A stretch of DNA of 37,659 nucleotides from Trichomonas gallinae (lineage: Eukaryota). The position numbers and the translations under genes are program-made. The stretch's first letter is position 1; each line of letters begins with the position of its first letter. Of the stretch, positions 19,356 to 29,965 are shown one piece after another. Under the pieces are notes generated by a model. That model did not search any database, was not told where the DNA came from, and worked only from the letters and a program-made list of their open reading frames with translations. The stretch spans positions 62,001-99,659 of the forward strand of contig MRSU01001394.1 of assembly GCA_008369845.1 (NCBI GenBank), written 5' to 3'.

Positions 19356-20579
19356 ATGGAATGGAGGAAAAAAGTTGATTTTGGAAAAAAATCTCTTTTT
19401 CTCCTCAGTTGCCTTGTCGCTGTTTCTACACTAGCGATACAGTTATACCATTTGCCGAGAATTTACAGAGATATTCGCAATTCTTCGATCGAATTTTATA
19501 ATACTGCAAATGTTTCCGCTCAAAGAGGCCGCAAATGGTTCTCTCAACAGATAAATATCATAGAACCGATTGAAATTGAAGTCGATGACCCAACAAATTA
19601 TCATTTAACTTTCGAATCTATAAAACTTACACGTGAATACAACAATCGAGGCAGAGTTTTAAAGACAAAACTTGTCGAAATAAATCATGTGATTGTAGGA
19701 TCTGCTGGATACATAGCGCTTGACCCATATCACATCTGGAAGCCGGAATGGAAGCTTCCAGAAGTTAAATTCGGCATACAGAAGAAAATGATGTCCGGAA
19801 AAATCATTGGACACTATAAAACAGTTATAGCTGTTGGTTATTACTGGTGTTCAAAAAATTTTGGGCATTGTTTAGAAGATTTTTACACACCACTTGCTTT
19901 AATGCCATTAGAAGTGAGAAAGACAGCTTATGTCGTAGTTTTTTCGCTTCCTTTTTTAGAGCCAATTTTGGACTTTTTGGAAATCCAAAAAAATCACAGA
20001 ATTTGTCTAGAAAACAATACATGGATTGCTTGCGACAAAGTTTACACGTTTTATGACCACATGTTCATGTTAAATAATTACGGAAATGCAACTTACACGC
20101 TCAAGCAGATTATCCATGCAAAACTCAATCTGTCTTCGATAAATCCAAGTCAGTACTGCTTCTCAAATCGGCCTTTCAACAAAACTCGCCACATTCACAA
20201 TTTAGATGAAATTATAGATGCAACACGAGCCAAGTGGCCAGATATACAATGGGCATTCGTCACAGATGGTCACAAGGACATAGTTTCATGCGCAAAAGCA
20301 TGGAAGAGTATCAAATTCATGTTTTGCCCTGACGGATCCAATGTTTGCAAGTGTATCTTCATGGCAGATGGAACTGCACTGATATGCGTCACATCTGGAT
20401 ACCCTGAGTGGTCCATTGCGCAGTTTTGTGCCGGTTGCAGAATATTCGAGTTGCAGTACCACGGACTGAAAGGTAACCACCACAAAGGGAAAGGCTCGCC
20501 AATAGATACCAGTGTTGCTCTGCAGCAGATAGAAAGAGGCCTTTATGCTCTTGAGCACAAATCTTGGAAATCATTATAG
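19356..20579 (+). CDS. Glycosyltransferase family 61 / DUF563-like protein (paralog 3)
   Basis: N-terminal TM (LFLLSCLVAVSTLAI) with NFGHCLED, FSNRP...RHIHNLDEI and FCPDGSNVCKCIFM. Confidence 0.78.
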   Translation: MEWRKKVDFGKKSLFLLSCLVAVSTLAIQLYHLPRIYRDIRNSSIEFYNTANVSAQRGRKWFSQQINIIEPIEIEVDDPTNYHLTFESIKLTREYNNRGRVLKTKLVEINHVIVGSAGYIALDPYHIWKPEWKLPEVKFGIQKKMMSGKIIGHYKTVIAVGYYWCSKNFGHCLEDFYTPLALMPLEVRKTAYVVVFSLPFLEPILDFLEIQKNHRICLENNTWIACDKVYTFYDHMFMLNNYGNATYTLKQIIHAKLNLSSINPSQYCFSNRPFNKTRHIHNLDEIIDATRAKWPDIQWAFVTDGHKDIVSCAKAWKSIKFMFCPDGSNVCKCIFMADGTALICVTSGYPEWSIAQFCAGCRIFELQYHGLKGNHHKGKGSPIDTSVALQQIERGLYALEHKSWKSL

Positions 20580-21242
20580 CTTTTTTTTGTTTGTTTATAT
20601 ATAAATGTATTACTAATATAGAGATTATAATCATGTCTATTACTGATATAAATAGGAAAGTGCTATTTTTCACGCGTTTGCCCTTTTTCCTCGACTATAA
20701 TCAATATTTTTTCTAAAATGAAATTAAATTTTTCAAAACATCTGCAATCATGAATTTTATAATATAATTCGTTCCTAAAAATTCTCTATATATGTATTTC
20801 AGGTACAAAAACGAAAAATAAGAAAATTATTAATAAGGTTATATTTTGTCACTTTTCTTTTTACCAATTTTTCCATTTTTTTCTTCTTTGTCTTTTTTTC
20901 TCGAAATAGAATGATTTATAAAGCTTGAGAATAAAATACAATCAGCTGTAGCATGTGTAAACTATATTTATACTATTTATCTTCATTTTTTTAAATTACA
21001 ATCATCAAATAATGAAAGATTAATTTTTTTTAGATTTTTTTTTGTAAAAAACTTTGAAATCAAAATTAAAGAATAATCAATCCTAATTTGTTGTGTTATC
21101 AATGAATTTTTGTTTTTTCCTTTAAATCAAACGAAATTGAAGTGATTTCATCGAACAACTTAATGAAAATATGATTTTCAGGTTAATTAGAGTGTGTTGG
21201 AGAGATTTATGAAATAATATAAAAAAAATAAAACAAAAAATT

Positions 21243-23333
21243 ATGAAATCTTCCACAAAGAGTGGTTTTCCTTCTACTGCAGAGCTTGCAAACGATAGCA
21301 AGATATCATTTGTCGATGCAGGAAAGGACTACCCTGAAATCAAGCTTTTAAATGAAGAAGAAGTCGAAAATGAAATTGATCAGCTTTTATCTCAAATCAA
21401 CGAAAACTCAGAATGGATGGACTTTGTCAAAGCCGTGAAAAGATGCATTTCTCTTGTAAATGGAGGAATTTTGGCTTTTGATAATTTTAACTCGAGAATT
21501 ACTGAATTAATTCCAGGAATTATCTATGGTATTTCGAGTACAAGGAGTGCTGTTGTAAAGTCTACGTGCTTATTTGTTTCTCTTCTTGCACAAAAGCTTA
21601 GATCAAAAATAACGATTCTTGGTAATTTAATTCAGCCTTTATCAAAGCAAACATCACATCAAAATATCATTGTTACGCAGTCTTGTAAGCTTACAATTAT
21701 CGAAATCGCAAAAAATTGCCCTAAATCTCAAATTCTCAAAATGATTATCGAATTAATCAAGACATCATCATCCGCAAACAATACAATACTCTCTGAGTGT
21801 CTGGTTGAGATATTAAATTTGTGGCCAGAATCAATTATTTCAAATAATTTCAAATTAATCGAGAAAACGATGAATAAACTTATTAACGATCCTGTAACGG
21901 AAACTAGAATGAATACAAGAACAGCCATCAAGATATTTATTACGAAATTCGAAGAAGAAGGAAAGATTTATTTGGAAACCTTTGATAAAAGCTCTCAAAA
22001 GGCTATTCGCGATACTATGCTGCCGAAAATCGAATCCTCTGAGCAGAAGCAGCCAGAAAAAGAAGAAATCGTTTTTAAACCAGAAAAAACAACAAATACA
22101 AAAGAAAAACGCAAGAACGTATCAAATATACCAAGGAAAGCCAAGAAGAGTGACCTTGCTTGCATAAAAGGTAGTGAAGAATCATTTATATCTCAAGTTG
22201 AGCAATCAAATAAATCTCAAATAGAAAAACACATTAATTCGGTTGTTAAAGGTCTCATGAGGTGTCTCACAGCGTCAGAAGGAAAATATACTGACAGATC
22301 TCTAATGCTTATTTATAATCTGATCCAAGAATTCCCAACAAACTTCGAATCTCACCTAGAAGTCCTATTCCAGACATTCTTCGGCATAATTGGCGACAAT
22401 GAACTCGTCAGAAGCATTTTGACGATAATAACTGATTCGTTCGACACGAATATGTTGATTGACTTTTGCGCCGCCCAGCTTCCTTCTTCCTTCCTTTTGT
22501 CATATATCGCCGAAATCGTCGGCCTCCAAGGCGACCAGTTTTCAAACAGAGAGGCCGATCAAAAGCTCCTGGGCATAGCAGAGAGACAATTTCGAAACCA
22601 CGAAGCAGAAGCAACGAAAATCGTCAACTTCATCGCAGAAAAGAATCATTTGATTATCAAAGAATTTTCCAAAACGTGCAACGAAGATTTCCTCAACCTA
22701 ATCAAAGAAAACATTCCGGAAGATGACACAGAGATAGCGAATCTTGAGAACGACTGCGATTTCAACGATTGGAGCGAAACGGTTATGAGCGTCGCAAAAT
22801 CTCTGAGTGATGATGAATGGGAAGAAAAGAAGACAGAAATTTTCGAGAAAATTATCAACGCGATAGATATTGTCGAATACAAGGAATTGGTGTTTGACCT
22901 ATTGTTTAACATACTTGATATCAAAGGCGTGAGTGGCTTCGAGATGCTGCTGAGGCCGATTTTTTTGTCTCCTGGTTTCAGAAGGTCAGTTTCCTGCCGC
23001 AAGATCTTGAGCTTGATCGAAGACAGCCTTGAGCCTTCTGATGTAGCGGAGTTGTTCACGAGTCCATTGGAAGGAGAAGATAAGCAGTTTGCCGCTGCTT
23101 GCGTCAACGAGATTGCTTTCCTGGCTGTGAACTACGACGATTTGCTGAGGGATGAATGCGGAAGCATTACACAAAAACTGTGCGATTTTATCAGCGATCA
23201 AAGCATTGTTATAAGGAAATCAGTTGTTGTATGCATAGCTACGCTTATATCAAGCTATGGAGCTCCTGCAGAGAAGATAACTAAGAAATTACCGGAACAA
23301 AAGAGGAAATTAATAGAGATTTACAAGAAATAG
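21243..23333 (+). CDS. CLASP-like HEAT/TOG-domain microtubule-associated protein
   Basis: N-terminal SEW...STRSAVVKSTC...INDPVTETR..TR (CLASP_N-like), a basic linker, and C-terminal DQSIVIRKSVVVCI...L...KRKLIEIY typical of the CLASP C-terminus. Confidence 0.75.
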   Translation: MKSSTKSGFPSTAELANDSKISFVDAGKDYPEIKLLNEEEVENEIDQLLSQINENSEWMDFVKAVKRCISLVNGGILAFDNFNSRITELIPGIIYGISSTRSAVVKSTCLFVSLLAQKLRSKITILGNLIQPLSKQTSHQNIIVTQSCKLTIIEIAKNCPKSQILKMIIELIKTSSSANNTILSECLVEILNLWPESIISNNFKLIEKTMNKLINDPVTETRMNTRTAIKIFITKFEEEGKIYLETFDKSSQKAIRDTMLPKIESSEQKQPEKEEIVFKPEKTTNTKEKRKNVSNIPRKAKKSDLACIKGSEESFISQVEQSNKSQIEKHINSVVKGLMRCLTASEGKYTDRSLMLIYNLIQEFPTNFESHLEVLFQTFFGIIGDNELVRSILTIITDSFDTNMLIDFCAAQLPSSFLLSYIAEIVGLQGDQFSNREADQKLLGIAERQFRNHEAEATKIVNFIAEKNHLIIKEFSKTCNEDFLNLIKENIPEDDTEIANLENDCDFNDWSETVMSVAKSLSDDEWEEKKTEIFEKIINAIDIVEYKELVFDLLFNILDIKGVSGFEMLLRPIFLSPGFRRSVSCRKILSLIEDSLEPSDVAELFTSPLEGEDKQFAAACVNEIAFLAVNYDDLLRDECGSITQKLCDFISDQSIVIRKSVVVCIATLISSYGAPAEKITKKLPEQKRKLIEIYKK

Positions 23334-23405
23334 AATTGTTTATAATAAATTTGTTATAATAAATTAAAATAGAGTATTTAATAATAAACAAAAATAGATA
23401 AAAAA

Positions 23406-24131
23406 CTAATATAATTGAGAATAATATTCTTTCAATCTTGAGTTAATCGAATGAGAGATGACATCTTGTAAGAAAGGCTCTGGTCTGTTAAGAAGTGAAA
23501 AAAGGATTGAAGGATCTGCTTTTTTCATGCTAAATTTATCTGACATTGAGATAAAATATTCAGGGAGCAGCTCATATTCACTGGCTTCATCTGTTTTCTT
23601 GATGATGTTAGCAATCTCTAACACAGCTGCAACCTGGTAAAGTTTGCATCTAATTGTTTTCCTTCTGTCATTCATACGAGAGAGGAACAATGCTGCTTCA
23701 AGTAAGTTGATCCTTCTGAGTTCCAAGGATATGAACAAAAGCAGAAATTCTTCTGTGATCCTCTGAATTGAAATAAAACCTGAATTTGAAAAGATGTTAT
23801 CCAAGGATAAATGAGGCTCAAATACTCCATGAGATGTAGCTAGTGCATCGAGCGTGTATCTTATCTTGTCAAAGCCAACCCAAACGAATGAATCGGGGTC
23901 AACTTTAGGGCAGACGCCAACGGCCTCGAGAACACCCAGAACTTCGTAAAATCGTCTTTGTTTGAAGCCTAGCTCATCAGATATCTGCTTTATGTTATAT
24001 CTAATATTTGGGTTCTTCGAGCAAGTGTTGATAAACCTCAGCGTGGATACCTTAAAGTCGGAGGGCTTGTGGTGGACAATAATGATATGTTTCATTTCCT
24101 CATCGTCAGTGATAGAACTGTTATCAAGCAT
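23406..24131 (-). CDS. Atypical E2F-like transcription factor with two winged-helix DNA-binding domains
   Basis: ISDELGFKQRRFYEVLGVLEAVG...FVWVG and a second copy KTIRCKLYQVAAVLEIANIIKK, both variants of RR.YD..NVL. Inr TCATTA lies just upstream. Confidence 0.8.
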   Translation of the reverse strand: MLDNSSITDDEEMKHIIIVHHKPSDFKVSTLRFINTCSKNPNIRYNIKQISDELGFKQRRFYEVLGVLEAVGVCPKVDPDSFVWVGFDKIRYTLDALATSHGVFEPHLSLDNIFSNSGFISIQRITEEFLLLFISLELRRINLLEAALFLSRMNDRRKTIRCKLYQVAAVLEIANIIKKTDEASEYELLPEYFISMSDKFSMKKADPSILFSLLNRPEPFLQDVISHSINSRLKEYYSQLY

Positions 24132-26485
24132 TTTTTTCTAATGAAAAATATGAATTTCTTCAATCTCTATTCCTTATGATTACTTATATCCATTCCCGTA
24201 AAAATATCAGCATATTATTTTTCAATAGTATTCAATTTAATTATCATTGAATTAATACAAAAGTCTATTTCAAAATGAAAAGAATTTACTCAGAATCCAA
24301 AAAATGTCAAGTTGCTCTATACATGTTGATAAGCTATATTATTCACTTTAATTTATAACTTAAAATTGAATGCATAGTTTTGTTTGAAACAAAAATTAAA
24401 CACCGGATTGCTGAAGAAATAGGTCTAGAATAGTGAGATCTATCCATTTGTGAATTTTTTGGATAAAATTGTTCACGCCCATGAAAGAAAACATTTTTTT
24501 TTTTCTTCATTCTGAGGTTTATTTGGACGTAGAGGATAACATATTCAATGAAACTGACTTTTGACGCAGAGCTACATTCAAAAAAATTTAAACTGATATT
24601 CCTGATTAATGACAGGAACCCATAATATGGAAAAATGGTATAAAAATAATCTTTATCAAAAATAACAAAATTCTGAATAGTGATTCACTTTGTTTTGGAA
24701 AAACCCTTTGCCTTATCTGAAGATGCTGTTTTACTGAGTTCCTCACACTATAATTGAAAAAAACAAATATTTCACAGCTTATCTAATGGGGTTTAACCGC
24801 AGATTTACAATGAGGCATAGTATATTTAACATGATGATGGCGCCGATTGATTTCAATATTCAAATTTGTTTGAGAATATCACAAAAATCGACAAAAAAAA
24901 TTATGCGTTTAACGAATTGATCTATGATCATTATTTAATTGTGTATAATATAAATTATCGATATATGATAAAAAATCAATAAAAATTGCAGGTTTTGGGT
25001 TTTTCAATTTAATTTCGAATATGGATCCATAATCCCGTATTATTCATGTATATTGAAACTGATATGCATCTGTAATCGAAAATTTGATTTTGATTTCAAT
25101 GAAAAATTGAAAAATAATTATGTAATTACGAGCGTCTGATTACATCCATCGGAAATAATTCGAATAATTTCATAATATATCAATCTAAATTACTCAAAAA
25201 AGATTGATATTTTATTTTGAAATTTAATTTTTTGATTTTCAATTTGAGAGTATTGCATTATTATTGATACAATTAATGAATTCAATCATTGTAGCAAAAG
25301 ATATTTTATTTTTTGAATAAAATATCACAATAAAATGCATTTTTTCCTTAATAATATCTTATGTTAGGTATAGATAATGCGAATTACCAATTGGAATGAA
25401 CTGGATCTGAGAAAATGTTGGAGTGTAAAAGTCATTTTTAAAAATAAACATTATAATGATTGAATAGTTCTGAATTTTTCGTTAAAATCTCTTCCATGTT
25501 TTCCTGGATGCTTCTAATAAAAATATTAAAAATATTTTTTTCAATCCTCTATCAAAAACTCACATTGAAAATATGTTCTTTAGTGAAAAATCATAACATT
25601 GATCTTCATGAGAAATATAGCAATATTGATTAATTAATGAATTAGATTGAGGAAATCATATAATCTGAATGGCATAAAATAATTTTATTGTATTTCCGCT
25701 TCAATGTGTAATTTTAATTTAGAAAAATTTCAACAATCAAATTTGAGAGATCTCACAAATTATGAAATCAGCTCAATACTGAAAAAATTTTGTCGTAAAA
25801 ACCTAATGATATTGATTTCATTGCAACCTGATGCTGGTGCTTACTGCAGGAACATTAAAAAATTGTCACTTGTATTTTCTTATAAGAGGTTCAAATGGAG
25901 CCAAAACATTTCGGCAATGATTTAATTTAGCCATATGTAGTTATTTTCATGTGATTTTTGAAAATATATTCTATCAATTCCAAATTTTTATCAATCGCCA
26001 TCATATCATTCGAACTATCATCTACTGATCGCTTATTATAAGGATTTTGTTGAGTTACGGTCCAATGTAACGAAGTAAACTCAACATTTTTCGGAAAAGT
26101 AATTAGTTTGCTATAATTTTATTGATAACATCAAAGATACTCTTTTTATTGGCTAATTCAAATCTTTTTTGAGGTTTTTTATGCATTAAATCGTATTATT
26201 TTCTGAAATCAATTTCATTTGTCAGTGCAAACCTACATTATATCGAATTGTACACATATGGTTGTATAAATATGGAATTGTTAATCTAAAATATTGTGTT
26301 AAAAAAGCATAATAATCTTTGATAAATTATCAAACACAATTTATTGCTCAAAATCAAACTTAAATAAAATAATTGTCATTTTTACCTACTAATATATGTA
26401 TCAGAATATCAACTTGAATAAACATACAAAATAATTTATTATATAATCTATATTAAGTACAATCATAATAAACAAATACAAAATA

Positions 26486-27124
26486 CTACAGTCTACCTCT
26501 GCCTCTGCCACGTGAGTTTGTAGAACCAGCGCCGCGTCCATAACCTCTTCCGCGTCCTCCTCCTCTTCTTCTAGATTGCGGACGACTGTTCTCTCTAGGA
26601 GCTGGATGCTCTTGCTGAGAATGATTATCAGTATTCTCAGGCACATGAGTATTTTCAACTAAAGGAATGTTAAAACCATCTCTTGGATCGTCTGTACTAA
26701 TTGTTCTTGCATTTATTTCCTTTATTTGGTTACAATGTTCAACAAACTCCTCAAATTCGACTGGTTCTTCTAAATTAAAGCCTCTCTGCAAATCTTTGCA
26801 TGTATATGCTGCAGGTTCAATACTGAATCCAACGTTGGTCTCATCAGGGTCATAAATATCTTGTTGTGGAATTTCAATTGGAGCATTTTGTTCTTGTGGT
26901 TTTTCGACTGCTTTAATTTGATGAAGTGAATCAATACCTCTAGAATATGCTGGATCTAAAATATCTCTAAATTCGTGCCAAAAATTCGGATATTTGTCAG
27001 AATAGATGTATCTGTACGTATTTCCACGATTTTCCTTTGTATCTTCCGCAGCCTCTTGGACCAGCGAAGCCGGGCCGTCCTGGATCCACAGATTGCGGCC
27101 TTTCACTCGCCGCAGCTGCAGCAT
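26486..27124 (-). CDS. Hypothetical protein with C-terminal RGG/RG box
   Basis: 212-aa ATG ORF ending RRRGGGRGRGYGRGAGSTNSRGRGRGRL. Confidence 0.75.
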   Translation of the reverse strand: MLQLRRVKGRNLWIQDGPASLVQEAAEDTKENRGNTYRYIYSDKYPNFWHEFRDILDPAYSRGIDSLHQIKAVEKPQEQNAPIEIPQQDIYDPDETNVGFSIEPAAYTCKDLQRGFNLEEPVEFEEFVEHCNQIKEINARTISTDDPRDGFNIPLVENTHVPENTDNHSQQEHPAPRENSRPQSRRRGGGRGRGYGRGAGSTNSRGRGRGRL

Positions 27125-27146
27125 TTTGTCACTTTTTATTATTTGA
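27125..27146. promoter_or_regulatory. 22-bp spacer between divergent start codons containing GTCACTTT (Inr on +, AAAGTGAC on -)
   Basis: Sequence CAT-tttGTCACTTTttattatttga-ATG. Confidence 0.6.
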
Positions 27147-27464
27147 ATGGCAGCCTTCGATATTCAGCAATGGCTGACGATCACTGCAATATCCGCCTCT
27201 ACCTCCGCCCTCGTGCACCTCATTCCCGGAATCATCTTAGCCTTCAGAGTTAAGAGGTGGTCTGGTGCATTATTTGTTGTAATTTTCCCTGTTTACACAT
27301 TCTTCTCGAGCTTCTTTTATTCACTGTTTTTATCGCTCATCATCACTTTGACATATGCGGCAAGTATCTACAGCTTGACTACTAAAACAAGTTCGCTATG
27401 GGGCCTAGGATTCGGAATATTCTATGTTTTGCTCAAAGCCCTCATCCAGTATGTTATCAAATAA
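27147..27464 (+). CDS. Small three-TM membrane protein, TMEM170-like
   Basis: 105 aa with the pattern W......S....VH...GI ... S..I...Y.A....L......WG.G, resembling the TMEM170 family. Confidence 0.65.
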   Translation: MAAFDIQQWLTITAISASTSALVHLIPGIILAFRVKRWSGALFVVIFPVYTFFSSFFYSLFLSLIITLTYAASIYSLTTKTSSLWGLGFGIFYVLLKALIQYVIK

Positions 27465-27650
27465 GCATTATTTTTCAATGAATTCGAAATTTATTATTTT
27501 CATTATTTTATTATTCAGTTTCTTTCCTCGAAATCTTTTCATAATTAATCTTGTTTATTTTCACCAAAAAACTTTAAGAGAGTTTTTCTCAAAAAATGTT
27601 TGTTTGTTATTATATAAAAATATTGTTTTATCATTATTTTACTATCTAAA

Positions 27651-29396
27651 TTAACATTTATTTACTTTTAATTCCCATGATTCCTCACATTCAGTAATAT
27701 CAGACTCTTTTCCGTTCTCTGAGCGAAACTTCTCCAAAACCTTCTTAACATCGGCCTTGAGATCGTCAATTTCTCCTGTTGCCTTGAAGATTTCGAAGTC
27801 GTCTGCCTTAGCGAGGTACTTCAAGAAGCCAACAGCTTTCTTCGTTGGAAGACCGTCGAGAGAAGTGACGATATTTCTGATGATGTTTGCATCCATGACA
27901 GCACCGATGGACTCTGCGATTGTTGAAGGTCTTGTCTTCGCGAGGATCTCTGGGTATTGCTCCTTGCGGAGATCTGACCATGAGATGTTCTTCGGTGCGA
28001 CAGCCTTCTTCGCTTTCTTCGGGGACTCTGCCTTCTGTGTCTGGTTGCGGAGGACTTCGACCTCATTCAAAGCAGCCAATGCATCCTTCATGGCGTCATC
28101 GTGCTGCTCGAGTGTGGACTCGACCTTCTTCTCTGGCTTCTTTGGTGTTTCCTCTTCCGAAACAATAGCAACCTTCTTTGGCTTTGGTGTTTCTTCCTCT
28201 GCAACAACAGCAACTTTCTTCGGCTTTGGTTCCTCTTCTTCTGCAACAATAGCAACCTTCTTTGGCTTCGGTTCCTCTTCTTCTGAGATGATGGCGACCT
28301 TCTTTGGCTTTGGCTTTGGCTCTTCCTCTGTGACTATGCTGATCTTCTTTGGCTGCTTTGTTTCCTCGGAGACAATCTCAACTTTGGATGGAGCTGTAAT
28401 TGGCTTCTCGTTGAGTTGTACGGACTCTTCTTCGACAATGACAGCCCTGTGGCTCTTTGGCTGTGGCATTGGAACCAACTCTGGCTCCTCTTCGACAATT
28501 TTTGGCTTGATTGGCTCTTCTTCGACAACTTGAACCTTTGGCTTTGTTGGTTCTTCCGAAATAACTTGGACCTTTGGCGATTGTACTGGCTTCTCTTCCT
28601 GTGTTGGCTTGAACTTTGGCTCCTGGACGGCCTTGATCTTGCCATCTGGAGAAATTCCAAGTTTGGAACGTATCTGAACAAGTTTATCAGCGATCTGATG
28701 GATTTCCTTTGACTTATCTTCTATGACTTCAAGATCCTGTAAGGCTTCGTAGTCCTTTCCGAGTGCTTCTCTGGCTAAAGCACGGCGCATGTAAGCTTTA
28801 ACATATCTTGGATCGTACTTGATGGCTTCTGTTGCATCTTTCTCTGATTCGCGATAGTTGTTGTTGGAGAAGTGTGCTGTGGCACGGTTGAAGTAGTAAA
28901 CTGCGTTTGTTGGATCTAATTTGATCGCAGCTGTGTATTCCTTGATCGCTGCCTCGTACTTCTTAGCCTTGAACAATGAGTTACCTGTTTCTTTGTGCTT
29001 TTCAGCAGATTCCTTCGGATTAGGCTCGTCATCATCGCCTTCTGCTTCCATTTGCTTAAGCTTGGCGTCGATCTTCTGCCACTCCTCGTATGATCTGCCA
29101 TATGATCCCTTTGTTGGTGCAGCTGTTGGATTTTCCTTGATTTGAATATCCTTTGGTTTTTCGGTTTCGTTCTCGTTCTTGATTTCGACTTTCTTTGGTG
29201 CAGTAACCTTTGCTTCCTTGGCTCCTGCTCTTTTTGCGTTCTGTGGTTGTTCATATCCAAATTGTCCTTTTTTGGCGAGTTCTATAAGCTCTCTGTCACG
29301 AGCTTCGATCTCCTCCTCCCAGTTCTTCACTGCTGTGAGTGACTGGCGTGTTTCGTTGGCTTGGTTTCTGATCTGAAGTTGAATATCAAGCGACAT
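27651..29396 (-). CDS. RPAP3: RPAP3/Spaghetti-like TPR co-chaperone (R2TP component)
   Basis: N-terminus IQLQIRNQA.E....L..WEEEI..RD.EL, YEEWQKID, one carboxylate-clamp TPR domain (KETGN..FK..KY..AI..YT.AI; NRA; YVKAYMRRA), a low-complexity linker and a helical C-terminal domain. Confidence 0.8.
   Translation of the reverse strand: MSLDIQLQIRNQANETRQSLTAVKNWEEEIEARDRELIELAKKGQFGYEQPQNAKRAGAKEAKVTAPKKVEIKNENETEKPKDIQIKENPTAAPTKGSYGRSYEEWQKIDAKLKQMEAEGDDDEPNPKESAEKHKETGNSLFKAKKYEAAIKEYTAAIKLDPTNAVYYFNRATAHFSNNNYRESEKDATEAIKYDPRYVKAYMRRALAREALGKDYEALQDLEVIEDKSKEIHQIADKLVQIRSKLGISPDGKIKAVQEPKFKPTQEEKPVQSPKVQVISEEPTKPKVQVVEEEPIKPKIVEEEPELVPMPQPKSHRAVIVEEESVQLNEKPITAPSKVEIVSEETKQPKKISIVTEEEPKPKPKKVAIISEEEEPKPKKVAIVAEEEEPKPKKVAVVAEEETPKPKKVAIVSEEETPKKPEKKVESTLEQHDDAMKDALAALNEVEVLRNQTQKAESPKKAKKAVAPKNISWSDLRKEQYPEILAKTRPSTIAESIGAVMDANIIRNIVTSLDGLPTKKAVGFLKYLAKADDFEIFKATGEIDDLKADVKKVLEKFRSENGKESDITECEESWELKVNKC
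28139..28575 (-). repeat. Intragenic degenerate repeat array encoding K-(K)-V-x-(I/V)-(V/I)-x-EEE motifs
   Basis: KVQVISEE, KVQVVEEE, KIVEEE, RAVIVEEE, KVEIVSEE, KKISIVTEEE, KKVAIISEEE, KKVAIVAEEE, KKVAVVAEEE and KKVAIVSEEE. The last four have a 14-aa (42-bp) period. Confidence 0.85.
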
Positions 29397-29965
29397 CGAA
29401 ATTTTTGATTTTTTTTTAGATAACGAACATTAAGTGGTCAAGTATGCTATATTGCAGATCTACAATGTATTCCTTTAAATAATCAGATTTCACTCATCAA
29501 AATGGCTGGATGTAAAGTAAATCAGCAAAAAAATATCAAAATACAAATAATTGTTGCGGAATTAGCATCAGTAGTTATTCACTAATAGTTATGACAAAAA
29601 TCAAAATTCTCAATGATGGTATTTTTGAGGTTTTTGATTTTCATTTTCTAATTATTGATAAGCATTTTTATAAAATTTAATTTTTAATTATACAAAAAAT
29701 TGATTATTGAAAAATTGGATAGAAGAATTGCATTTTTAAAACAGAGATATAAGATAAAATTAGACAAATAGTATAATACAATATAAAAATCAATGAAATG
29801 ATGGATTAATATTGAGATATGTTATCACATTAAAATAGTATCGAGATGGAAAAAAGGCCAATGATCCCTAAATCATATCTAAATGAGTCAGAAAGAATGA
29901 GATAAAATATGATATTTTGAAAATAAGACAAATGTTTACGCAATATGTATAAGAGTAATTGGCAA

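Noticed and set aside
20942..21007. Minus-strand box C/D snoRNA candidate (TGATGA...ATGAAGA...CTGA)
   Set aside because: No terminal stem, no rRNA-complementary guide I could identify, and very AT-rich, so chance is likely.
25704..25925. 73-aa ORF (also 2730..2918, 4292..4519, 17030..17224)
   Set aside because: Short, with intergenic-like AT composition and no recognisable motifs.
27757..28533. 258-aa plus-strand ORF and other ORFs overlapping RPAP3
   Set aside because: Antisense or alternate-frame shadows of the biased, repetitive codons of the real gene.
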